Origin: an uncultured candidate division Zixibacteria bacterium
GTDB taxonomy: Bacteria; Zixibacteria; MSB-5A5; GN15; FEB-12
Direction: 5' to 3'
Length of the DNA: 64,000 nucleotides
Assembly (NCBI GenBank): GCA_963711085.1
Contig: CAVQCT010000005.1
Coordinates: forward strand, 35,488 to 99,487
The position numbers and the translations under genes are program-made. Numbering within the stretch: position 1 is the stretch's first letter; each line of letters starts with the position of its first letter. Under the pieces are notes generated by a model. The model was not told the origin of the DNA and made no database searches. It worked only from the letters and a program-made list of their open reading frames with translations. This document shows positions 48,967-60,729 of the stretch, in pieces.

Positions 48967-50479
48967 GACGTTGCCCCGATCTCAGCGGAAATGAAAGGTG
49001 ACAGGTCTTTCCCTTTCCCGGATCGGTATCGATCCAAAATTCACCGCTGTAGTTTTCCACGAGTTCTTTGATCGCCTGTAACGCAATGGCGGATCGGCTG
49101 GGTCGAAGCATCGACCGTTTGTTTACCGTAGGCGGCAACGGATCTTCGCGTTCCCCCGATCCGGTGTCGGAAACATCGATAAGTAACGATTTTTCGTCAG
49201 GAGACCGTTCGAGCTTCACGCGGATGTGCCGCTCTCTCAGAATTCGGTTGGCGATCATGTCGGCGGCGGCGTTCTGCACCAGACTCATCGTCACCGACTG
49301 AATGAGGTCAGATTTGGTGAGTAACTTCTTCGGAAAATCGTCAGGGACCTCGAAATCGAAAGTGACCTCGGAGTACGCGTCGATCGTCCGGAACGACTCC
49401 ACGACCGTCTTAAGCACGTGGGCGAGATCGACAAAGGCAAAATCCGAATCGGCGGACCGTCGAAGCGTGTAGTCATCGACCGCCTGAAGCATCTCAATCG
49501 AACTGGCGTTGATTCCCTGCACGACACCTTCGGATTGTTTCAACTGGCTCTCCGGCAGGCGCACGAGCAGCCACTCGACATTTTCCTGAATGGAAGCGAG
49601 CAGATTGCTCACCTTGTCGGCGATATCCATCACGGCGTGATGAACCGAGATGAATCGCTCGAGATCGGCGGCGGTTCGATGAAATGCCCGCAGCTCTCCG
49701 ATATCCTGACAGATGAGCAGGTAGACCGTCCGGCTGTCCGGTTCACGAAGCGTGGTAACCGACAGATAGACCGGGAATTCCTGATTACATCGCTTTCCTT
49801 TTACTTCCCCGGCCCAGCTTTCTTTCTTCGTGCCGTGGAATTCCCGCGGATGGAAGCCGGCGAAGATCATATCCGTATTAAGATGAGTCGATGCTTGCGT
49901 GAGACCGAACATGTGAGCCGCCGCTTTGTTCGAACGAAGAATGGTGCCGTCTCCGGCTGTCAGGAACAGAGCCGAGGGGGACTGCTCGATGACCTGATCA
50001 AGGAACTGGTTGAGTCCTTTGAGTTCTTCATTGAGTCCACTGAGCAGCCGATTGCTCTCTTCGAGTTCGTGCAGGCGAAATGAATCGGATTCGCGGAGTT
50101 TTTTACTGAGGCTTCGCAGTACACGCGTGGCGAGCGACGGTCGCTTCTGAATGATTTTCTCGAAATTCTCTTTGCTGAACTCAAGGACTTCGCAATCGGT
50201 CTCGGCCACAACGGTTGCAAAGCGGGGAGTTGCTTCCACCAGCGCCATTTCACCGAGGAACTCACCCGACTCACGGGTTGCAATGATCATCGACGTTCCG
50301 TCCGAGGGATTTTTCTTGAGAACCCGGACGGATCCGCTGAGCAGCAGGAGCATAGTGGTCCCCTGATCTCCTTCCCGGAAGACCACCTGCTCAGGCAGAT
50401 ACTTGGTGTACTTGCCGGCAAGCTGCACGAGAAAGAGATCCAGGGCCGGATTCGACTGATTCAGGTCGATCGGTCTCAT
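48959..50479 (-). CDS. cNMP-binding domain + PAS + divergent histidine-kinase-like (DHp/HATPase) protein
   Basis: CAP_ED at the N-terminus (FREGDQG..GEFLGEMALVE..PRFATVVA), a PAS-like middle, and C-terminal LVQNAAADM (N-box-like) and DTGSG (G1-like). The H-box is atypical (SVHHAVMDIADKV). Confidence 0.75.
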   Translation of the reverse strand: MRPIDLNQSNPALDLFLVQLAGKYTKYLPEQVVFREGDQGTTMLLLLSGSVRVLKKNPSDGTSMIIATRESGEFLGEMALVEATPRFATVVAETDCEVLEFSKENFEKIIQKRPSLATRVLRSLSKKLRESDSFRLHELEESNRLLSGLNEELKGLNQFLDQVIEQSPSALFLTAGDGTILRSNKAAAHMFGLTQASTHLNTDMIFAGFHPREFHGTKKESWAGEVKGKRCNQEFPVYLSVTTLREPDSRTVYLLICQDIGELRAFHRTAADLERFISVHHAVMDIADKVSNLLASIQENVEWLLVRLPESQLKQSEGVVQGINASSIEMLQAVDDYTLRRSADSDFAFVDLAHVLKTVVESFRTIDAYSEVTFDFEVPDDFPKKLLTKSDLIQSVTMSLVQNAAADMIANRILRERHIRVKLERSPDEKSLLIDVSDTGSGEREDPLPPTVNKRSMLRPSRSAIALQAIKELVENYSGEFWIDTDPGKGKTCHLSFPLRSGQRRA

Positions 50480-50572
50480 AGGGAAGATTATCGGCTATGT
50501 CGGAGAATGGCTTGAGAATGCGAGCGGGGTCTGGCGGAATTACTTTGTTTCAGAGTGAAACGGAGAGAAAGA

Positions 50573-51367
50573 TCAGGAATCTTTTTGTCGGAGCCAGTGA
50601 ATGTATGCCCAGAGCGCATCGAGATCCCCGGGGTGAAGGTGCGGCTCGTACGCGGGCATCTTGATCGAGGCCCGGTCGATGAAATAGCCGGCGAGAAAGT
50701 TGTGCCTGGCGCGATCGGAAATACCGTTTCTGACCCACTGTTCGAATTCTTCACGGTTGTGGACGAGGTCATCGAAATCCGGCGTCTCCCAGCTGGCGAT
50801 ATATCCCTTGAATGAGCCCTGATTGGGCCGGGCAAACCTCCCGCCCGGGCCGTGGCACCCAAAACAGCCGAGTTCTTCCCCGCGAGTATATCCCTCAAGC
50901 GCCAGCGAATCTTCCGGTTTACGCATGCCGTTGACCGCTGAGACGAAGGCTACTAATTGATCGATTTGTTTATCGGAGAGCCGCCCTTTGAACGCCGGCA
51001 TTTTGAGGACGCCCTTTGCCTTTTGCTCCTGGAAGGTCTTGCTGGCGGCACGCTTTGCCGGGGCGCCGTCGGCGATCCACTCACGGATCTGCTGTTCATC
51101 GGAAGCGAACATCATCAAATCTCCGGTGAACGTGGGGACCTTACCTTCGAGACGGTCCGGGTTAAAGGCCCCTTTGGTACCATCGGGTCCATGACAGCCG
51201 AAACAGCCTTCTTTTTCAGCCAGCCTTCGACCCTGTTCGGCGGGGGGAAGATGCGGTTGGGTGAGATACCACCAGAAAAAAAGCCCCAGTCCCGCTAAAA
51301 GCAACAGACCGGCCATTAGGTGGCGCGGTCTGATGCCAATGCTTCGGTTGTCCTGATTGTCAGCCAA
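50573..51367 (-). CDS. membrane-anchored dihaem c-type cytochrome
   Basis: One N-terminal TM segment and two CFGCHGP (CxxCH) motifs. Confidence 0.8.
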   Translation of the reverse strand: MADNQDNRSIGIRPRHLMAGLLLLAGLGLFFWWYLTQPHLPPAEQGRRLAEKEGCFGCHGPDGTKGAFNPDRLEGKVPTFTGDLMMFASDEQQIREWIADGAPAKRAASKTFQEQKAKGVLKMPAFKGRLSDKQIDQLVAFVSAVNGMRKPEDSLALEGYTRGEELGCFGCHGPGGRFARPNQGSFKGYIASWETPDFDDLVHNREEFEQWVRNGISDRARHNFLAGYFIDRASIKMPAYEPHLHPGDLDALWAYIHWLRQKDS

Positions 51368-51374
51368 GGAGTGA

Positions 51375-51836
51375 CTAGTTGTTCTTGGTGGCGGGCGCCG
51401 CAGTGTTTTCGGCTATCTCTGTCACCTCGATAGACTTGATTCCGTTCTTGGTATGGATCGGTCCGGTAATTGATACTGTTTCGGCCGCCATGTCTTTTGC
51501 CTTGTTGAACGGATCGGCGTTGTCATGACTCATGGTCAGCAGATAGAGTGTACCGTCATCGGTCAGCAATCCCATCGGCATACCACCTTTGATGCACATC
51601 TCCGCGCAGCTCTTGTGGTCGGCGCCGCGAGCGCCGTGCCCGAGATAGCAGCCCATGTCGACGATTTCACCTTTGACCGTCGCCGTCTCGCCGTCCATTG
51701 CCCCTTTATCCATCTGGCCCATTTTGTCCATCTTGTTCATCTGGTCCGCCTTCTTCGTGTCGGACCCATCGGCGAACACGCTCGCCGACATAACCATGGT
51801 GGCCAGCACGGCCAGCAGTACTCCTGCACGCTTCAT
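51375..51836 (-). CDS. hypothetical secreted Cys/His/Met-rich protein
   Basis: Start at Met 51836, after AGGAGG. Signal MKRAGVLLAVLATMVMSASVFA, followed by the MGCYLGHGARGADHKSCAEMCIKGGMPMG motif. Confidence 0.5.
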   Translation of the reverse strand: MKRAGVLLAVLATMVMSASVFADGSDTKKADQMNKMDKMGQMDKGAMDGETATVKGEIVDMGCYLGHGARGADHKSCAEMCIKGGMPMGLLTDDGTLYLLTMSHDNADPFNKAKDMAAETVSITGPIHTKNGIKSIEVTEIAENTAAPATKNN

Positions 51837-52028
51837 AAAAAATCCTCCTGTTGAACCGGGTGTGAAACATTTCCCAATAACGACATATTTAACCCACGTT
51901 ATCCAATATTTGTTCCGTGGCAAATATGTTCCGCTGGTCCGTCGCGCCGGGATCCGCGACTGAGCGATGAATCTAATTCGCTGGACGACTGCGAGTTGCG
52001 CGAGATAGGAGAGAGGGTCGGGTGGTAG

Positions 52029-53934
52029 TTACGAAGTCAGGCGGGGCGCGGAAGCGAGCGCGGTTTGAGAAGCGTCAAGCACCTTACGCACCACGAAGCC
52101 GAGGCGCTTTTTTTCGATCGGCTTGATAAGGATGTCGACGATCTTCACGCCGCGTGATTGTTCGTAGGAGGTGTCCACATGGGTGCCACTAATGAGGATA
52201 ATCGGAAGGTTCGGTGAGAAGGAAGTTACTTCTACAGCCAGCTCCTTTCCCGAAAGATGCGGCATCGTGTAGTCCGTGATAAGCAGGTCGCAGGATTCAG
52301 CGCCGGTACGAAGCAGATCAAGGGCCTCGAGGCAACTGGTAAAAGTTCTGACGTTGTATCCAAGACTGACCAGCATCCGGCTTACCACCGAAGAGACGTG
52401 CGGGTCGTCATCGATGAAGACAATTTTTTCAGTTCCTCTGGGTACCGGAGCTTCGGCCGCTTCCCGGGCAGCCGTCGATTCCCCGCTCCGCGGGAGCCTT
52501 ACCCGGAAAGTCGATCCTTCGTTCGGGGCGCTGGTTACGGTGATATCTCCGCCGTAGCTTCTCACGATTCCGTGGACGACTGAAAGGCCCAGACCGGTCC
52601 CCTTTCCCGGACCCTTGGTAGAAAAGAACGGCTCGAAAATCCGCTCCTGCAGCGAGGCGTCCATGCCGTGTCCGGTGTCGGTCACGGCCAGTTCGATACA
52701 ACTGCTGTAGCCTTCACCGATGTCGGATTCCGGCACGGAATCAATCCGATGCAAGGTTACTTCGAGCACACCACCCGTGTCCTGCATTGCTTGATAGGCG
52801 TTGGTAAACAGGTTCATCAGGATTTGGTGTATTTGCGATGGATCTGCGAAGACGGTACCTGCGTTGTCATCGATGTCCTGTTCGATCTGGATTGATGTCG
52901 GCAGGGTGGATCGGAGAAGCTTCAAGGCTTCCCGCACGGTGGTGGGCATGTCAACCGACCGTTTTTCCTGGTCGGAATTTCTGCTGAAGGTGAGGATCTG
53001 ATTGACCAGATCTCGTGCACGATTGGCGGCCTGAACAACCTGCTCCAGATCTTCACGAACCGGCGAGTCTTTCGGAGCTTCCTCGAAAGCGATATGAGCG
53101 TATCCGCACAACGGTGTGAGGATATTGTTGAAATCGTGAGCGATTCCCCCTGCGAGCACTCCCATCGACTCCATCCTCTGGGCTTGTCGGAGCTGCGATT
53201 CCAGTTTGGCGTGCTCGAATTGCACCCGTCTCCGGTAAGATTCATCCACCATCGACACGATCACCCGTTTCCAGGTCGATTCGCAGCCGGGGGCAACAGT
53301 AAGATTCACGACCGCGTAGATCGAGGCGCCGGCCAGAGAGCGCAGCGGGATCTCGCAATCGACTATCCGCTTGCCACCGGCAAGGTCGGCGAGCGAAGAC
53401 CCAAGAGGAATGGCGGTGCGAGACGTGAACAGTTCGGCAAAGTCCTCAAGTAGCTCCTGCTTATCTCCGGCCTCGAAGAGGGCGACGGCGGCATGGTTGA
53501 CATCGCTGATTGTCGATCGGGAGAGCACTCGAGTGATCTCGGCCGGATGGTCCGCGAGATAGGTCCGAAGATCGGTGATCCCGTCTTCTAACATCTCATC
53601 AAGCTCGGTCTTGACGGCGCTGAGATCGCACTCCCAGAGTGATATGGGTGAGTCTTCAAAGAGATTGCGATAACGTGTTTCGCGTTCCTGAAGCGCTTCA
53701 CGAGATACCTTCAGTTCACGAAGGTGCTTATTTATGAGAAGGAAAACGAGAAGCGCGGTCATGACCACGTAAAACCATCCTTTGTAAGTCTGGAGATGGC
53801 TCAGGGCATCATAGTCAGTCACCATGGATTCGAGAACGTGATCAGAGAAAAGGATCCAGAGTCCTCCCGCCAGCGCGTAGATTCCTGCAAATCCTGAACG
53901 ATGTCTTATACGTCGTGATTTCGCCGAGATTCAT
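52029..53934 (-). CDS. hybrid sensor histidine kinase / response regulator (2 TM, PAS, HisKA, HATPase, REC), frame-broken at ~53893-53907
   Basis: H-box GGIAHDFNNILT, then HATPase (DTGHGM, GTGLGLS) and REC (DLLITDYTMP). The N-terminus MNLGEITTYK.. starts at ATG 53934 in another frame. After a +1 shift it reads SGFAGIYALAGGLWILFSDHVLESMVTDY.. into ORF 52029..53825. Confidence 0.85.
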
Positions 53935-54207
53935 GGTCGCTTTCCATTGTTTATGCCGACTGATGTCGCGCGCACCGGTTCGCGTTTCCGAATTGTGTGT
54001 TCTGCTCATTCTGGTCGTTTACCGACTAATACCTCAGGCAAACCGAAGGTGTCCCTTTCGGTAATAACTCATTCACTAGTTGCTAATCATGGTTGAACCC
54101 GGCCTGTACAATGTATCGGCAAAGTTGAGAGCTTCTTAAGTAACTACCATCTAATACGCAATATAGGAACTTCAGGATCGGACGCTCGGTCGACCGGGAG
54201 GCGCGAA

Positions 54208-54876
54208 TTGACTGGCCTTTCGGGTTTGTTGAAACTTATTTACGGCATGGATTTATCGACCGTGTTGTTGCGCCTTTGTGCGACTTTTCTGCTCTCTTTC
54301 CTGTATGGCCTGGAACGGCAAATGGGGCATAAGCCAATCGGCTTCGGAACCTTTACCTATGTCTCGACTGGTGCCTCAGTTCTGGCCATCATGGCCTATC
54401 ACCTTAATGAAGCTAATCCGCTTCCATTGTTGGGGGCTATAATTACCGGTATTGGATTCCTCGGGGCGGGGGCCCTGGTCAAGTCAGGGGAAAAAGTTAC
54501 CGGATTCACCTCGGCAGCGCTGATCTGGATATTCGCTGTTTTCGGTATGGCGGTCGGACTCGGCTATTACGAGATTGGGGGCCTGACTTATCTGGTGGTC
54601 TGGTTTGTCACAGCTTACGACCGAATGCTGGAAAAACGAGGGATCGGCAACTACCACAAGAAGGTCAGTATCCGAACCCGTCGACTCATGGCCGCACCCG
54701 ATATCAGCACCCAATTGTTCGGGAAGAAGAAGCACCAGTTGATTGAAATCGACATCGACAAGGCCGCCCAGAGCGTTAGCGCCACTTACCTGATTGAAGG
54801 AACCTCAGACTCGATCGGAGATCTTGTGGAACGGTTGGCTCAGACTGAATGGTGCGTGTCGTTCAGGATCGACTGA
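54208..54876 (+). CDS. mgtC: MgtC/SapB-family membrane protein
   Basis: TTG start 7 nt after GGGAGG. Motifs LSFLYGLERQ and GIGFLGAGALVK are typical of MgtC. Confidence 0.75.
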   Translation: MTGLSGLLKLIYGMDLSTVLLRLCATFLLSFLYGLERQMGHKPIGFGTFTYVSTGASVLAIMAYHLNEANPLPLLGAIITGIGFLGAGALVKSGEKVTGFTSAALIWIFAVFGMAVGLGYYEIGGLTYLVVWFVTAYDRMLEKRGIGNYHKKVSIRTRRLMAAPDISTQLFGKKKHQLIEIDIDKAAQSVSATYLIEGTSDSIGDLVERLAQTEWCVSFRID

Positions 54877-54894
54877 ACGCCCGAGAACTCTCAG

Positions 54895-58320
<3,426 letters not shown>

Positions 58321-58529
58321 GGTTCTGTTAAGTCGGTTCCGGTCAACACAAAAGCCCCGGTTTGCAATTGACCGGGGTGTTGTCTGGTGTATTCAGGTGC
58401 AAATATAGGTGAAAGCCCCGTTAAAAACAGGAAATTTTGATGTTTTATTTGCGAAACATTGCGCCGGTTCGTAGAGTTTTACACATGTTAGGAAACACGA
58501 AAACCTGCAACACAAAATAGGAGTATCTT

Positions 58530-58700
58530 ATGTCGAGCTTTCAGAAACTTGTAGATGCCGTTGAGGCAGCCCGTGGCGATGTGGAAAAGGCGGAAGCCGG
58601 AAACAAGGCCGCTACCAGCCGGGTCCGCAAGGCGATGCAGGATATCAAGAACGTCGCACAGGAAATTCGCAAGGAAATGCTGGAGCTTCGTGAGAAATAA
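58530..58700 (+). CDS. small (56 aa) Lys/Ala-rich histone H1-like protein; below the ORF-track size cutoff
   Basis: ATG 58530 follows TAGGAG. Translation: MSSFQKLVDAVEAARGDVEKAEAGNKAATSRVRKAMQDIKNVAQEIRKEMLELREK. Followed by a strong terminator. Confidence 0.65.
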   Translation: MSSFQKLVDAVEAARGDVEKAEAGNKAATSRVRKAMQDIKNVAQEIRKEMLELREK

Positions 58701-58722
58701 CTGACAGGATGAGAAAATTCTG

Positions 58723-58747
58723 AAACCGGCTTCGGCCGGTTTTTTTA
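58723..58747 (+). terminator. intrinsic terminator (probably bidirectional, between convergent genes)
   Basis: aaaccggc-ttcg-gccggttt followed by a T run. Confidence 0.8.
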
Positions 58748-58767
58748 TTGCCTCAATGGCACCGCGT

Positions 58768-59616
58768 TCAGCCGGAGATTTCTTCCATCAAATCGCCGCC
58801 CAATTCAAGTTGATCGTACTGCGTTTCCTTGGATTCATACAGCACGACTATGGAAATACGGCGGTTGCGGGGATCTTTGGGATTGTCGGTAATCATTGGG
58901 AACTTGTCGGCAAATCCGCGCACCTCACGGACCTGGCCGTTGTACAGCCCTGAGACTTCCATCAATTGACGGGCCGAATTGGCGCGGTCGGTGGAAAGCT
59001 CCCAGTTGGTGTAACCGGAGTTTTCCGATGGCGAGGCATCGGTGTGCCCTTCGATCACCAGGTGATTGCGCAACGTACCGAGCTGCTTGGCGATCGTAAT
59101 CAGAATAATGGCGCTCTTCTGCAGGAGTTTCGCAGAACCAGGCTCAAAGAAGGCGGGTGAGTTCTCGGATTCATTAAGTATGATCCGAAGACCCTCCGAG
59201 GTGAGCTGAATCTTGATATTTTTCTTAAGGCGCTTGAACGCTTCCTGTTTCTCGAGTTCCTTCAGGATATTCTTGGCGGCGAGCGTGAGTTCCTGTTTTT
59301 CTTTGTCGGAAGGTCCGGCCCCTCGCTTGTCCTTCTCCAAGACACCCATCGTAGGACCCTTGGTCGGGATGACCGCGCTGGATCCCTGAAGAACCCCGGC
59401 CTTTCCTTCACTCTGGTATTTGCCAGGATCGCGGAAATAGCCGGCCACTGCCTGCTTGACTTCGTCCTTCTGGCCGACCAGCCACATAACGAGAAAGAAC
59501 GCCATCATGGCGGTCATGAAATCGGCAAAGGCGACTTTCCATGCTCCACCGTGGTGTCCGCCGTGGCCCCCCTTCTTCCTTTTGATGATAATCGGTCTCT
59601 CGGCGTTGTCAGCCAC
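58768..59616 (-). CDS. motB: flagellar-motor stator protein MotB (OmpA-like C-terminal domain)
   Basis: AWKVAFADFMTAMMAFFLVMWL (plug/TM with the conserved Asp) and a C-terminal OmpA-like peptidoglycan-binding region (GHTD..NWELSTDRANS). Confidence 0.85.
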   Translation of the reverse strand: MADNAERPIIIKRKKGGHGGHHGGAWKVAFADFMTAMMAFFLVMWLVGQKDEVKQAVAGYFRDPGKYQSEGKAGVLQGSSAVIPTKGPTMGVLEKDKRGAGPSDKEKQELTLAAKNILKELEKQEAFKRLKKNIKIQLTSEGLRIILNESENSPAFFEPGSAKLLQKSAIILITIAKQLGTLRNHLVIEGHTDASPSENSGYTNWELSTDRANSARQLMEVSGLYNGQVREVRGFADKFPMITDNPKDPRNRRISIVVLYESKETQYDQLELGGDLMEEISG

Positions 59617-59622
59617 GATCCG

Positions 59623-60480
59623 TTATCTCCTTTTGGCTTCGTTACATGCCTGCTCGAGTTCGGTGAAACCCGGTCTAACTTCGGAGGCGAGAGTTCGGCG
59701 AGCGAACTCGACCGCGATCACGCCCGCCACGCCCTTGTTGAACGACAGCAGGGCATGTTTCATGCAGGCGACATACTGGCGGTTGTCGGTGACACGATGT
59801 TTCAGGCTGGTTGCGAGCGGTCCGATGAAGCCGTAGCAGCCGAGAATGCCGAGGAAAGTACCGACCAGGGCGGCGGCAATATGCTCGCCAATCTCTGAAG
59901 GCGGACCGTCGATAGCCGCCATCGTGATTACCACGCCGAGTACTGCGGCGACAATGCCGAGTCCGGGCAGCGAATCAGCCGTCGTGTTGAGGGCTGCTGA
60001 AGGCATTAACTCTTCTTCATGGACCGCGTCGATATCGTTGTCCATAAGATCTTCGAGATCGTGCGGCTGAACGGCGCCGGAGATGATGACGCGCATGGTA
60101 TCGACAAAGAAATGAACGGCATGTTGATTCTTGAGAAATTTGGGATAGCGTTTAAAAATCTCGCTCTCTTCCGGATGCTCGACATGGTTTTCGAGGCCGA
60201 TCAGGCCGTCTTTACGGGCGACATTGAAGATCTCGAACATCATGACCAGCAGTTCGAGGTAATCCTGCTTCTTGTACCCGCCGGAAAGGACGCTCTTGAG
60301 CTGACCGAATATTCCTTTAATGACCGGCATCGGGGTGGAAATGATAAGGGAGCCCAGGGCGGCGCCACCGATAATCAGAAGCTCCATCGGCTGCTTCAGC
60401 GCCAGAATCTGGCCCCCTTCGGCCACGAAACCGGTAATCACCCCTCCGAGAACAACGATCGCACCTATAAAGATAAACAT
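59623..60480 (-). CDS. motA: flagellar-motor stator protein MotA (MotA/TolQ/ExbB channel family)
   Basis: 285 aa with 4 TM segments. C-terminal ..AALVGTFLGILGCYGFIGP.. is typical of MotA. Sits immediately upstream of motB. Confidence 0.85.
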   Translation of the reverse strand: MFIFIGAIVVLGGVITGFVAEGGQILALKQPMELLIIGGAALGSLIISTPMPVIKGIFGQLKSVLSGGYKKQDYLELLVMMFEIFNVARKDGLIGLENHVEHPEESEIFKRYPKFLKNQHAVHFFVDTMRVIISGAVQPHDLEDLMDNDIDAVHEEELMPSAALNTTADSLPGLGIVAAVLGVVITMAAIDGPPSEIGEHIAAALVGTFLGILGCYGFIGPLATSLKHRVTDNRQYVACMKHALLSFNKGVAGVIAVEFARRTLASEVRPGFTELEQACNEAKRR

Positions 60481-60729
60481 AGTTCTTCCTGCCGATTATC
60501 CGAAGTTATGCCTGCTTGTGTAGGTTCATTTGCTATCTATTTCGTCATTTTGCCGCCAAACCTGAGTTGCCCATCGCCGCGGCTCGGCCTATTGTCCAAT
60601 TTTGTAACAGGATACAGGTTTTTCCCTGCCGGATTTTGGGGATGGGAACAAAAGACTTGAAAGCGATCCGGTAATCTGGTAAATTCAGGCCAGTTAAATC
60701 GATAAACAGCTTATCTCACAGGAGGATAC

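Noticed and set aside
1554-53934. Programmed +1 ribosomal frameshifting or quadruplet decoding as the cause of the ten frame breaks
   Set aside because: I could not find any shared slippery sequence, rare or stop codon at the shift site, or upstream Shine-Dalgarno-like stimulator across the ten contexts. The affected genes are unrelated housekeeping genes. I keep it only as something read evidence could reopen.
53935-54207. Mg2+ (M-box) riboswitch upstream of mgtC
   Set aside because: Only small generic hairpins are present. I could not recognise the conserved M-box core, and the region is also the divergent promoter of the sensor kinase.
60481-60560. Sigma-28 promoter for motAB (GCCGATAA-like box gccgatta)
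   Set aside because: The box is on the plus strand, the wrong orientation for the minus-strand motA, and there is no TAAA -35 partner.
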